This document shows positions 21,883 through 31,096 of a DNA stretch of 64,000 nt, piece by piece. Location: the NCBI GenBank assembly GCA_030680805.1, contig JAUXUK010000059.1:13336-77335 (forward strand). Direction: 5' to 3'. Each line of letters opens with the position of its first letter. Position 1 is the first letter of the stretch. A program made the position numbers and the translations under genes. Below the pieces are notes generated by a model. It was not told the DNA's origin and did not search any database. It worked only from the letters and a program-made list of their open reading frames with translations. Source of the stretch: Sulfuritalea sp. (lineage in GTDB: Bacteria > Pseudomonadota > Gammaproteobacteria > Burkholderiales > Rhodocyclaceae).

Positions 21883-22523
21883 TGCAATGTCTCCGCGATT
21901 GCCTGCCTCTTGATGCCGCTCGCGCCTTTTCTTCCGACAACAGCAGCAGAAGCTTTCCTAGGGGGTAGTGGTAAACATTCATTGTTTCCGTCTGACGGAC
22001 TGGCGGCAATGCCCATAAGTGCCGTTTTCGATCCGTGAGACGGACTAGCTCGGTTCTCCACTAGTCCGCCTGACGGATCAGCACCAGTCCGCGAAACGGA
22101 ACTGCCCTCGCAATTTTTGACAGACGGCATTTTGTCCATGAAGTGCCACGCGCCCTTGTGGTACTCGGAAGGGCGCAACTCCAAGCCGACGAAGTTCGCA
22201 ATCGGCAGCCAGGTCAAAGCGAACAGACACGGCCCGGTATTCAAGCCCCCTTGCCTGGTCTGCACGATCAATCCGCGCTTGAGCAGTTCGACCTTCGCCC
22301 GCTGGATCGTGTCGCCGGACTTCCATCCGCGTTTCCGCAACCATCCTTGCGCCAGGTGCAAGCGACCATTGTTCGAGCCGGTATGCTGGCGCATCAGTTC
22401 GAGCAGGAGAGAGCGCGCCGTATGACTCGCCCCCATGAGCGCAACACTGTCCAGAACAACATGCACCAAGGGGGTATAGGAACCAGTGACCGACTCGACA
22501 GGTTTGCGGTTATGTTTCGCCAT
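21879..22523 (-). CDS. Winged-helix putative replication initiator
   Basis: LS..ARSLLLEL...NNG.L...RGW.S..T..RA..EL..RGLI wHTH pattern; internal iterons. Confidence 0.65.
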   Translation of the reverse strand: MAKHNRKPVESVTGSYTPLVHVVLDSVALMGASHTARSLLLELMRQHTGSNNGRLHLAQGWLRKRGWKSGDTIQRAKVELLKRGLIVQTRQGGLNTGPCLFALTWLPIANFVGLELRPSEYHKGAWHFMDKMPSVKNCEGSSVSRTGADPSGGLVENRASPSHGSKTALMGIAASPSDGNNECLPLPPRKASAAVVGRKGASGIKRQAIAETLQ

Positions 22524-22659
22524 GACTGACTCGCAGCAGAAAGAGATACACGCCCCACAGCTCGGCGATGGAGAGCGCGGCAATGTCAGCACCTACGCCA
22601 AGCCATGAAAGACGCGCAGAGAGGCTATAGACACGCTCACGAAGCAGATCGGTATTCAT
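22510..22659 (-). CDS. Small hypothetical protein (49 aa)
   Basis: MNTDLLRER...GVGADIAALSIAELWGVYLFL; overlaps both neighbours. Confidence 0.6.
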   Translation of the reverse strand: MNTDLLRERVYSLSARLSWLGVGADIAALSIAELWGVYLFLLRVSHGET

Positions 22660-22982
22660 TGCTTTGCCTCTTTCCGCAGCAGATAGACCGCGATGCAATG
22701 CGGCCTGCCGACTTCACTGCGTTCTGAGAATCGCAGGGTGTCGATTTCGTTGCCGCCCTCGCGCAATTCCTGAACCCGTCCCGCAGGGTGCGGAACGTCA
22801 AGGTGCTTGCGGGCCTCGAAGGTAGAGAGCGGCCCCAGCTTCAGGGCGTCCAGAATGCGCCGGGCATGGGTTGCGCCGGTTTCTCCCTTATACTTCTCGC
22901 GTATTGAACAGAGCTGATTCACCTTCGCCTCGCCGGTTGCCGCCTGCGGGGCGAGTTCTTTTGTGGGATTGATCGCCGTCAT
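22656..22982 (-). CDS. Helix-turn-helix protein (HTH_39-like)
   Basis: RILDALK.GPLSTFEAR..LDV.HPAGRV.ELR. Confidence 0.75.
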   Translation of the reverse strand: MTAINPTKELAPQAATGEAKVNQLCSIREKYKGETGATHARRILDALKLGPLSTFEARKHLDVPHPAGRVQELREGGNEIDTLRFSERSEVGRPHCIAVYLLRKEAKQ

Positions 22983-22991
22983 GATCGCCCC

Positions 22992-23228
22992 CTATGCCGT
23001 CGCGCTGCGCGATGCAGCGATCCGGTCGCGAAGAAAGCTGTCCACCTCCGACTCGATCCAGCCCACGGACTGAGCGCCGGTCAGTTGAATCGGTTTTGGA
23101 AATTTGTTCGCGGCAATGAGTGCGTACAGGGTCGACCTTGAAAGCCCTGTGCGGGCCTCGACCTTTTTTCGCCGAAGGATGCGGACTTCGGTGTTTTCCG
23201 AAAATGCTGCTTGGTTTCGTGCGGCCAT
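22992..23228 (-). CDS. alpA: AlpA-family regulator/excisionase
   Basis: ILRRKKVEARTGLSRSTLY...FPKPIQL...VGWIESEV. Confidence 0.92.
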   Translation of the reverse strand: MAARNQAAFSENTEVRILRRKKVEARTGLSRSTLYALIAANKFPKPIQLTGAQSVGWIESEVDSFLRDRIAASRSATA

Positions 23229-23363
23229 GATTCGCTCCTCTAGGGAAGCGCCGGAACGTACCGGCATGGCCTGCACAATATGCAGCATGAAACGCCGTAA
23301 CAACCCGCGTCCGCAGGGTTCCTGCGTTGCGCAGGGGTTCCGGTCTGCGCAGACGGGAAACTC

Positions 23364-23906
23364 TCAGTGCTGCTTTTTCTTTTCTGCTGAAACCACTTCG
23401 GCTAGCTTTTTGTGCGACAGCGGAACTACTCGCACAAGCTCATTCGCCGCTTTGGCTGCCGATAGATTGGGGTCAATCCTCTCGCGCCAGTATTTCACCG
23501 CATCGTCAACCAGTGCATAGTTTTCCGCATGGCGTCGCCTCGCCAATCCCGTTGCCATCTCTTTAACTGAATGGACTTGAGGACTTTCGCAGGGATGCTT
23601 ATCGGTAATTAGATAGGTTGTCAGCATTGCTAGATGATCCCTTGCTGATAGCAGGAAATCCAGAGTGCGTTGCGGGCTTTCCTCTGTCTGGGCAATTGTT
23701 GCCATGACGATCCCCGAAGCAAAGCACCAATCGACATCCTCAATATTCGGGTCGATTTGAATTTCTTTGGTGTTCCGTGCTCGCAGCAATGTTGCGCCAA
23801 CACGATTGAGCGTTTCCGCAGTAGGCTCTAGCCCGAATTCGGTCTTGGCAATCTTCCACAGCTCGTCCTCAATCAGCTTTGCCTTGCCCCTCATGAAATC
23901 AATCAT
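23364..23906 (-). CDS. Hypothetical protein, possible C-terminal HTH
   Basis: 180 aa ORF between int and alpA; SAAKAANEL...SHKKLAEVV. Confidence 0.65.
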   Translation of the reverse strand: MIDFMRGKAKLIEDELWKIAKTEFGLEPTAETLNRVGATLLRARNTKEIQIDPNIEDVDWCFASGIVMATIAQTEESPQRTLDFLLSARDHLAMLTTYLITDKHPCESPQVHSVKEMATGLARRRHAENYALVDDAVKYWRERIDPNLSAAKAANELVRVVPLSHKKLAEVVSAEKKKQH

Positions 23907-23941
23907 CGCGCACCCTTCCGCACCCCCTGAATGGATCGCCA

Positions 23942-23988
23942 GCGCCAGCCCGCAAGGGTTACGGGTATTCGGAGATCAGCCTAGGCGC
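23942..23988 (-). ncRNA. Putative c4-like phage structured RNA downstream of the integrase
   Basis: GCGCC-UAGGCUGAUCUCCGAAUA-CCCGUAA-CCC-UUGCGGG-CU-GGCGC folds into a three-way junction. Confidence 0.55.
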
Positions 23989-23998
23989 GGCGAAGCCA

Positions 23999-25228
23999 TT
24001 ATGCCGCGTTGCCGTGCAGCGGTATCACTTCGGCCCCGGCCTTCAACTTGTCGAGATAATCCGCCCATAGCTGCATCATCGCTTTTCGCGCCGGTAGAAA
24101 CTTTGTCCGGTTGTAGGACGTGCCGAGCGCGTCAGGAACCTTGTGCGCCAGCTGATGCTCGATCACTTCCGGCGCTATGCCATGCACTTCATGCAGGATC
24201 GTTCGCGCCATTGCCCGGAAACCATGCCCGGTAATCTCTGTCTTGGTGTCGTAGCCCATGCGCCGCAATGCCGCGTTTACCGCCGCCTCGCTCATCGCCC
24301 GGCCATTGCTGCGCGCACCGGGAAAAACAAACTCGCCGTCGCCAGTCAGTGCATGGAGTTCGCGCAGGATCGCCACGGCCTGAGACGCCAGCGGCACAAG
24401 GTGGATTCTCGGCTCTTCCGTTTTCTTGACCTTACTCACCAAGAATTTCCACTCGGCTTTATCCAGATCGAAGTCAACCCACTTCGCTTGCCGGAGTTCG
24501 CCAGGGCGCACGAACAGGAAAGGCGACAACCTCAGCGCACACTTGACGATGAATGTGCCGTTGAATCCTTCAATCGCTCGCAGCAGTTCCCCCACCTTGA
24601 GCGGATCGGTAATCGCCGCGAAGTTTCCGCCTATCGCTGTCGGCAGCGCGCCGCGCAGATCAGGGATAGGGTTGTAAGTGGCGCGGCCGGTCTGGATCGC
24701 GTAACGGAACACGCCCCCGCAATCCTGTTGCGCTCGCTTTGCCGTGTCTTTCGCGCCCCGGTCGCTGATTCGTTTCAGCGTCGATAGGACTTCCACGGGG
24801 GTCAGGTCGGTTATGGGTTGCTTGCCCAACCACGGGAAAACATCCCGCTCCAGCCGCGCCATGATCTTGTCGGCGTGAGAATCGGCCCATTCGGGTTTCA
24901 TCTTGGCAAACCATTCGCGGCCTATCGCCTCGAAGCTGTTAGCCGACAGCGCGACCTTTGCGGCCTTCTGCACCTTGCGGTATTGGCCGGGGTCTATGCC
25001 ATCGGCCAACAGTTGCCGCGCCCTGTCGCGCTTCTCCCGTGCCTTGGCGAGACTGGTGTCTGGATAGACCCCAAGCGCTTGCCGCTTTTCCTTTCCCTCG
25101 AATCGGTACTTGAAGCGCCAGAGCTTGCTGCCAGAGGTTGCTACCTCCAAATACAGCCCGCCAGCGTCGAATATCCGAACCGGCTTGTCGCCGGGCTTTG
25201 CTTTTTTGATCGCGGTATCGGTCAGCAT
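23999..25228 (-). CDS. int: P4-type tyrosine integrase with arm-binding domain
   Basis: N-terminal DAGGLYL...GSKLWRFKYRF; catalytic RPGELR, HGFR, LAH, YNR. Confidence 0.96.
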   Translation of the reverse strand: MLTDTAIKKAKPGDKPVRIFDAGGLYLEVATSGSKLWRFKYRFEGKEKRQALGVYPDTSLAKAREKRDRARQLLADGIDPGQYRKVQKAAKVALSANSFEAIGREWFAKMKPEWADSHADKIMARLERDVFPWLGKQPITDLTPVEVLSTLKRISDRGAKDTAKRAQQDCGGVFRYAIQTGRATYNPIPDLRGALPTAIGGNFAAITDPLKVGELLRAIEGFNGTFIVKCALRLSPFLFVRPGELRQAKWVDFDLDKAEWKFLVSKVKKTEEPRIHLVPLASQAVAILRELHALTGDGEFVFPGARSNGRAMSEAAVNAALRRMGYDTKTEITGHGFRAMARTILHEVHGIAPEVIEHQLAHKVPDALGTSYNRTKFLPARKAMMQLWADYLDKLKAGAEVIPLHGNAA

Positions 25229-25325
25229 TTTGGGGGCATCCTTCCTCAAGAAGTCGTCTATGCCCCCAATGATGCCCCCACTTCGAGACGGATTGCAATA
25301 GCTTAGTCTGGTACGCCTGGGCATG

Positions 25326-25367
25326 AAAAAGGCCGGAAACCCTTGCTGTTGCTGGAGTTTCCGGCCT
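25326..25367 (-). terminator. Hairpin/terminator downstream of tRNA-Ala
   Basis: AGGCCGGAAAC...GTTTCCGGCCT followed by a U run on the - strand. Confidence 0.65.
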
Positions 25368-25393
25368 AGTTTGGAACGGTTAAAACAATGTAC

Positions 25394-25469
25394 TGGTGGA
25401 GGTGAGCGGGATCGAACCGCTGGCCTCGACGTTGCGAACGTCGCGCTCTCCCAACTGAGCTACACCCCC
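25394..25469 (-). tRNA. tRNA-Ala(CGC)
   Basis: 76 nt GGGGGTG...CGTT-CGC-AACG...CACCTCCACCA with the G3:U70 identity pair. Confidence 0.96.
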
Positions 25470-25521
25470 ATTGCGTAGGGCAAATTATAGCAACCGGGGG
25501 TGGCGCCGGGGAAGCCGGCTC

Positions 25522-25791
25522 CTAGGCCAGGCTCACCTCGTCCATTCCGCATTTGGTGACGCCCAAAGCGGTGCGCACCACGAGAGGATAGGCGTGGCCG
25601 ATGAACTGGCCGAAACTGGCGATGTTGTAGCCGACGACGATACCCGGGATGCTGCCGACGAGGACTTCGCGTCCCACCACGAAACCGCGGTTGATGGCGA
25701 CATTCACGGCGGATACGATGCTGCGGCCGGACCGCTCTGAATCCTGCTGCGCCTTCCCCGGGCGCGAGCCCTTGCGCTCTTTGGCAGCCAT
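25522..25791 (-). CDS. Hypothetical protein
   Basis: 89 aa ORF with AAGGAGG RBS. Confidence 0.7.
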   Translation of the reverse strand: MAAKERKGSRPGKAQQDSERSGRSIVSAVNVAINRGFVVGREVLVGSIPGIVVGYNIASFGQFIGHAYPLVVRTALGVTKCGMDEVSLA

Positions 25792-25883
25792 AGTCCCCTC
25801 CTTTCGGCGGAAATCCCGCTTTCAGGAAAATTATCGACCGCTGCCCGAAAACCTTAGGCCCTGATGACAGGAATGTTTCGGCC

Positions 25884-26867
25884 TTATTTCGAACCGGCGG
25901 CGGCGCGGCGCAGGCGATCCGTCACGGCGCGCCAGGCCTCATCGACGGGAGGTGCGGCAACAAGCAGCAGGTCGCAGCCCATGGCATCGAGTTCGCGCAA
26001 CCGGGCATACAGGTCATGGGCGAACTGCGCCGGGTCGGCGCTGGCGGGACACCAGGCTAGATTTTCGTGGCTGAGGCCGGGGGGGTGGGCCGCCAGCACG
26101 GCGACACGCCGACCGGCGCCAAGCGCGTGGCTTGCTGCCCCGGCAAGCTCTGCCACTGCCACCAGTTGCAGCGGCGTGCGCGGCGCGTAGTGGGCTTCGA
26201 GGCTGCCCGAGACCCGCGGTGCGTTCTGTGCTCCGCCGAATTCGGGACGGTAGCCGAGGACCGCGCCGATCGCTGCCGCATCCAGCATGCCAGGACGCAA
26301 GATGCGCGGCTCGCTGCCGGAAAGATCGAGGATGGTGGATTCGATGCCGACGGCGCAGGGGCCGCCGTCGAGAATCATCGCCACGGCGTCGCCGAGTTCC
26401 TCGCTCACATGCGCCGCCGCGGTCGGACTGATATGTCCGAAGCGATTGGCCGAGGGCGCCGCCAATCCACCACCATTCGCACCATCGAATTCGCGCAGCA
26501 ATTGCAGGGCCAGCGGGTGATTCGGCACGCGCAAGCCGACGGTGTCCTGACCGCCGGTGACGGCATCCGGCACCGAGGGATGCCGCTTGAGGATCAGCGT
26601 CAACGGCCCCGGCCAGAATGCGGCGGCGAGTTTGCGCGCCGCCTCGGGAATGTCGACGGCCCAGCGCTCAAGGTGCGAAGCATCCGGCAGATGCACGATC
26701 AGCGGATGGTCGGCGGGCCGCCCCTTGGCCGCGAATATTTTGGCAATGGCAAGCGGATTGCGGGCATCGGCGCCGAGGCCATAGACCGTCTCGGTGGGAA
26801 AGGCGACCAGCTCACCGGCGCGCAGCATGCCCGCCGCGCGGGAGATGTCAGTCACCGGCGCCGTCAT
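25884..26867 (-). CDS. sua5: L-threonylcarbamoyladenylate synthase (Sua5 type)
   Basis: FPTETVYGLGA, KGRP.DHPLIVH, APSAN, GIESTI, HYAP. Confidence 0.93.
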   Translation of the reverse strand: MTAPVTDISRAAGMLRAGELVAFPTETVYGLGADARNPLAIAKIFAAKGRPADHPLIVHLPDASHLERWAVDIPEAARKLAAAFWPGPLTLILKRHPSVPDAVTGGQDTVGLRVPNHPLALQLLREFDGANGGGLAAPSANRFGHISPTAAAHVSEELGDAVAMILDGGPCAVGIESTILDLSGSEPRILRPGMLDAAAIGAVLGYRPEFGGAQNAPRVSGSLEAHYAPRTPLQLVAVAELAGAASHALGAGRRVAVLAAHPPGLSHENLAWCPASADPAQFAHDLYARLRELDAMGCDLLLVAAPPVDEAWRAVTDRLRRAAAGSK

Positions 26868-28008
26868 CGCGAATCCCGATCAATCGCCGTGCCGCCAGCG
26901 CCGACTTTTGCACCTCCTGCGCGTCGCTGCCGATCACGGTGAAATGGCCCATCTTGCGCCCCGGCCTGGCGTGATGCTTGCCGTAGAGATGCAGCTTGAG
27001 GTTGGGCACCGCCAACAATTTCGTCCAGTCGGGTTCGTGGCTGTGATGCGGGTCCTTCAGGTACCACAGATCGCCGAGCAGGTTCACCATCACGGCGGCC
27101 GAATGCGCACGCGCCTCACCCAGCGGCAGGCCGGTGAGCGCCCGCACCTGCTGTTCGAACTGGTTGGTGACGCAGGCGTCGATCGTGTAATGCCCCGAGT
27201 TGTGCGGCCTCGGCGCCATTTCATTGACATGAAGCCGACCGCGCACGATGAAGAACTCGACGGCCAGCGTACCGACATAATTCATTTCCTGGGCAATGCC
27301 CTCGGCGAGTTCCTGTGCATCGCCCGACATGCATCCGGTGGTGCGCGCCGGAACGATCGACACATCGAGGATGCCGTGGCGATGGCTGTTCTCGGCGGTG
27401 GGGAAACATTTCACGACGCCTGCCGCGTCGCGCGTCAGCACCACCGAGACTTCGTAATCGAGCGACAGCATTTGTTCCAGCACGCAGGGCTCGTGCTTCA
27501 ACTGCCGGAAGGCGAGCAGCGCTTCTTCGCGACTCTGCACCCGCACCTGCCCCTTGCCGTCGTAGCCAAAACGGGCCACCTTGAGGATGCCGGGGAACAA
27601 GCCGGCATTGGCTTGCGCGATGTCGGCCTCGCTGCGAACGTCGGCATAGGGCGCGTGCGGAAAGCCGTGCTGCCTGAGAAAACCCTTTTCGGCGCTGCGA
27701 TTCTGACTGATGCCGACAGCCTCGGCGCTGGGCCGCACCGGCAGGAACTTCGACAGATAGGCGAGGCTGCCGGCCGGGACATTCTCGAATTCGGTGGTCA
27801 CCGCGGCGCAGGATTCCGCCATCCGGTTGAGCGCGTCCTGATCGTCGTAAGCGGCGACCAGATGCTGGTCGGCGATGCGTCCGGCAGGGCTCTGCGGATC
27901 GGGATCGAGAACGACCACGCGGTAGCCCAGTTCATGCGCGGCAATGACGAAGAAGCGGCCCAACTGGCCGCCACCGAGCATGCCGAGCGTGGCAGGGGGC
28001 AAGATCAT
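26848..28008 (-). CDS. purK: N5-CAIR synthase
   Basis: GGGQLG, TTEFENV, GYDGKGQ, NEMAPRPHNSGH, GRKMGH. Confidence 0.96.
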   Translation of the reverse strand: MILPPATLGMLGGGQLGRFFVIAAHELGYRVVVLDPDPQSPAGRIADQHLVAAYDDQDALNRMAESCAAVTTEFENVPAGSLAYLSKFLPVRPSAEAVGISQNRSAEKGFLRQHGFPHAPYADVRSEADIAQANAGLFPGILKVARFGYDGKGQVRVQSREEALLAFRQLKHEPCVLEQMLSLDYEVSVVLTRDAAGVVKCFPTAENSHRHGILDVSIVPARTTGCMSGDAQELAEGIAQEMNYVGTLAVEFFIVRGRLHVNEMAPRPHNSGHYTIDACVTNQFEQQVRALTGLPLGEARAHSAAVMVNLLGDLWYLKDPHHSHEPDWTKLLAVPNLKLHLYGKHHARPGRKMGHFTVIGSDAQEVQKSALAARRLIGIRDDGAGD

Positions 28009-29273
28009 CGTTTAATGGCGCGGAACCCTATGTCGCGGCGGCACTGCATGCCGTCGAAACTGATCGGGTCGAGCACTTCATAGGCGCGCTTCTGCGCCAC
28101 CTTGACGTTGTCGCCCAGCGCCGTGACGCAGAGCACGCGCCCGCCCGCCGTCACCACCTCGCCATTCTTCTCCGCCGTTCCGGCATGAAACACGTGACTG
28201 TCTTCGGTCGCTGCCGGCAGGCCGTGAATCACGTCGCCCTTGCGCGGGGTCTCGGGATAGTTGGCGGCGGCCATGACCACGCCGAGGGCGACGCGGCGGT
28301 CCCACTCCGCTTCGACTTCGTTGAGGCGGCCGTCGATGGCGGCATCCACCAGTTCGACGAAATTGCTCTTCAGCCGCATCATGATCGGCTGGGTTTCCGG
28401 ATCGCCCATGCGGCAGTTGAATTCGAGCACGCGCAAGGACCCGTCGGGCTTGATCATCAGCCCGGCGTAGAGGAAGCCGGTATAGACGATGCCATCGGCG
28501 GCCATGCCGTTGATGGTCGGCATGATCACTTCGCGCATGACGCGTCCATGGATTTCCGGCGTCACCACCGGGGCCGGCGAATAGGCGCCCATGCCTCCGG
28601 TGTTCGGCCCCTGGTCGGCATCCATGAGGCGCTTGTGATCCTGGCTGGTGGCCATCGGCAGGGCGTGGCGGCCATCGGCCATGACGATGAAGCTGGCCTC
28701 CTCGCCGTCGAGAAATTCCTCGATCACGACGCGCGCTCCGGCATCGCCCAGCTTGTTGTCGGCCAGCATCGAGTCCACCGCGGCATGGGCCTCGGCGACG
28801 TTCATTGCCACCACGACGCCCTTGCCGGCGGCCAGGCCGTCGGCCTTGACCACGATGGGTGCGCCTTCGGCATCGATGTAGGCATGAGCCGCCTTGATGT
28901 CGGCGAAGGTTTCAAACTTGGCCGTCGGGATGTTGTGCCGCGTCATGAAACGCTTGGCGAAATCCTTGGAGCTTTCAAGCTGCGCCGCGGCTTTGGTCGG
29001 CCCGAAAATGCGCAGATTGCGGGCGCGGAAGACATCGACGATGCCGGCCGCCAGCGGCGCCTCGGGACCCACCACGGTGGCATGGACTTTTTCGCGCTGC
29101 GCATAATCCGCCAGTTCGTTGATGTCGCTGAGCGGCAGGTTCTCCAGCTCGTGCTCGCGCGCCGTGCCGGCATTGCCGGGCGCGACATAAACCTTCTGCA
29201 TCCCCGGAGCCTGAGCCAGACGCCATGCCAGTGCATGTTCGCGGCCGCCGGAACCGACCACCAATATTCTCAT
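28005..29273 (-). CDS. purD: Phosphoribosylamine--glycine ligase
   Basis: [39 protein letters not shown]. Confidence 0.97.
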   Translation of the reverse strand: MRILVVGSGGREHALAWRLAQAPGMQKVYVAPGNAGTAREHELENLPLSDINELADYAQREKVHATVVGPEAPLAAGIVDVFRARNLRIFGPTKAAAQLESSKDFAKRFMTRHNIPTAKFETFADIKAAHAYIDAEGAPIVVKADGLAAGKGVVVAMNVAEAHAAVDSMLADNKLGDAGARVVIEEFLDGEEASFIVMADGRHALPMATSQDHKRLMDADQGPNTGGMGAYSPAPVVTPEIHGRVMREVIMPTINGMAADGIVYTGFLYAGLMIKPDGSLRVLEFNCRMGDPETQPIMMRLKSNFVELVDAAIDGRLNEVEAEWDRRVALGVVMAAANYPETPRKGDVIHGLPAATEDSHVFHAGTAEKNGEVVTAGGRVLCVTALGDNVKVAQKRAYEVLDPISFDGMQCRRDIGFRAIKR

Positions 29274-29277
29274 TGCA

Positions 29278-30849
29278 TCAATGCCTGAAATGCCGGAAGC
29301 CGGTGAACACCATCGCCAGATTCTGCTCGTCGGCGGCGGCGATGACTTCTGCGTCGCGCACCGAACCGCCGGGCTGGATCACCGCCGTCGCGCCGGCCTT
29401 GGCCAGCACATCGAGGCCATCGCGGAAGGGGAAGAAGGCATCCGAGGCAGCCACCGACCCGGCCACCGTGAGGCCGTTGTTCTCGGCCTTGATCGCGGCG
29501 ATGCGGGCGGAATCGACGCGGCTCATCTGGCCCGCGCCGACGCCGACGGTCATGGCGTCCTTGCAGTACACGATGGCATTCGACTTGACGTACTTGGCGA
29601 CGCGCCACGCAAACAGCAGGTCGCTCATCTCGGCCGCGGTCGGCGCGCGCTTGGTCACCACCTTGATGTCTGCCGGCGTGATGCGCGCTTCGTCGGCGCT
29701 TTGCACCAGCAGACCGCCGCCCACGCGCTTGTAGTCGAGCACGCCGGTGGTGCGCCCCATCGGCACGATCAGCACGCGCAGATTCTGCTTGGCGGCGAAT
29801 ACGGCGCGCGCCTCGGCGGTAATCTCGGGGGCGATGATGACTTCGGCAAACTGGCCGGCGACGGCTTCGGCGGTGGCCTTGTCGATGGCGCAGTTGAAGG
29901 AGATGATGCCGCCGAAGGCCGAGGTCGGATCGGTCTTGAAGGCCTTGCGATAGGCGTCGAGGGCCGAGCCGGCAATCGCCACGCCGCAGGGGTTGGCATG
30001 CTTGACGATGACGCAGGCAATCTCGCCGTCGAAGGCCTTGACGCATTCCCAGGCCGCGTCGGCGTCGCCGATGTTGTTGTAGCTGAGTTCCTTGCCTTGC
30101 AGTTGCTGATAGCTGGCGATGCTGCCCGGCACGGTTGTGGTCTCGCGGTAGAACGCCGCCTGCTGGTGCGGGTTCTCGCCGTAGCGCATGGTGTCGGCCT
30201 TGTCGAATGCGAGCTGCAGGCAATCCGGGAAACGCCCCGGCTTGTTGTCGGCGTCGAGCGAGGTGAGCCAGTTGGAAATCGCCGAGTCGTAGCGCGCGGT
30301 ATGGGTGAAGGCCTTTTTCGCCAGAGCAAAACGCGTCTTCCAGGAAAGTGCACCGCCGGACTTGAGCTCGTCGAGTATCGGCGCGTAGTCCTCGGGGTCG
30401 GTGATCACGCCGACGCCGCCCTGCTCGTTGCCGTGATTCTTGGCCGCGGCGCGGACCATGGTCGGCCCGCCGATGTCGATGTTCTCGATCGCGTCGTCCA
30501 GTGTGCAGCCGGGCTTGGCCACGGTTTCGCGGAAGGGATAGAGATTCACCACCACCAGGTCGATGGCCGGGATGTCGTGCTGCGCCATGACCGCAAGATG
30601 CTCGGGCAGGTCGCGCCGGCCGAGGATGCCGCCATGCACCTTGGGATGCAGGGTCTTGACGCGGCCGTCGAGCATCTCGGGAAAGCCGGTGTAATCGGAG
30701 ACGTCGGTGACGTCGAGTCCGGCATCGCGCAGCAGCTTGGCGGTGCCGCCGGTGGAGAGAAGCTTGATGCCGAGCTGGGCCAGGCCGCGGGCAAAATCAA
30801 CCGTACCGCGCTTGTCGGAAACGCTAAGGAGCGCTTGTGTGACCTTCAT
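29278..30849 (-). CDS. purH: Bifunctional AICAR transformylase/IMP cyclohydrolase
   Basis: [34 protein letters not shown]. Confidence 0.98.
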   Translation of the reverse strand: MKVTQALLSVSDKRGTVDFARGLAQLGIKLLSTGGTAKLLRDAGLDVTDVSDYTGFPEMLDGRVKTLHPKVHGGILGRRDLPEHLAVMAQHDIPAIDLVVVNLYPFRETVAKPGCTLDDAIENIDIGGPTMVRAAAKNHGNEQGGVGVITDPEDYAPILDELKSGGALSWKTRFALAKKAFTHTARYDSAISNWLTSLDADNKPGRFPDCLQLAFDKADTMRYGENPHQQAAFYRETTTVPGSIASYQQLQGKELSYNNIGDADAAWECVKAFDGEIACVIVKHANPCGVAIAGSALDAYRKAFKTDPTSAFGGIISFNCAIDKATAEAVAGQFAEVIIAPEITAEARAVFAAKQNLRVLIVPMGRTTGVLDYKRVGGGLLVQSADEARITPADIKVVTKRAPTAAEMSDLLFAWRVAKYVKSNAIVYCKDAMTVGVGAGQMSRVDSARIAAIKAENNGLTVAGSVAASDAFFPFRDGLDVLAKAGATAVIQPGGSVRDAEVIAAADEQNLAMVFTGFRHFRH

Positions 30850-30865
30850 GAAAACCTCGCGAGAA

Positions 30866-31096
30866 TTAAAGCAGTTCGTGTTCGACCAGCATGCGGCGCA
30901 GAGTGCCGCGGCTGATACCCAGCATGTCGGCGGCGACAGTTTGATTGCCGTCCGCCTGTTTCATCACCACTTCGAGCATCGGCCGTTCCACGCATTTCAA
31001 TACCATGCCGTAGACGGCATGCGGCGCCTGACCGTCGAGATCGCGGAAGTACCGGTTGAGACTGCGCCGGACGCAGTCGTTGATTTCGCTGCTCAT
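30866..31096 (-). CDS. fis: Fis-family transcriptional regulator
   Basis: [18 protein letters not shown]; directly follows dusB. Confidence 0.92.
   Translation of the reverse strand: MSSEINDCVRRSLNRYFRDLDGQAPHAVYGMVLKCVERPMLEVVMKQADGNQTVAADMLGISRGTLRRMLVEHELL

Larger units (their letters stand above)
17500..25408 (-). mobile_element. tRNA-Ala-integrated phage-satellite-like genomic island (~7.9 kb)
   Basis: Integrase beside the tRNA 3' end. TGGTGG-GGTGAGCG (17500-17513) repeats the tRNA end TGGTGGAGGTGAGCG (25394-25408) with a 1-nt gap. Visibly more AT-rich; all genes on - strand. Confidence 0.9.

Noticed and set aside
23240-23251. CTAGGGAAGCGC matches the MITE end at 45988-45999
   Set aside because: Only 12 bp and no partner end; consistent with chance.
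25229-25324. 32-aa N-terminal extension of the integrase in the ORF track
   Set aside because: It spans the arm-type repeats; MLTDTAI at 25228 fits the usual family start.
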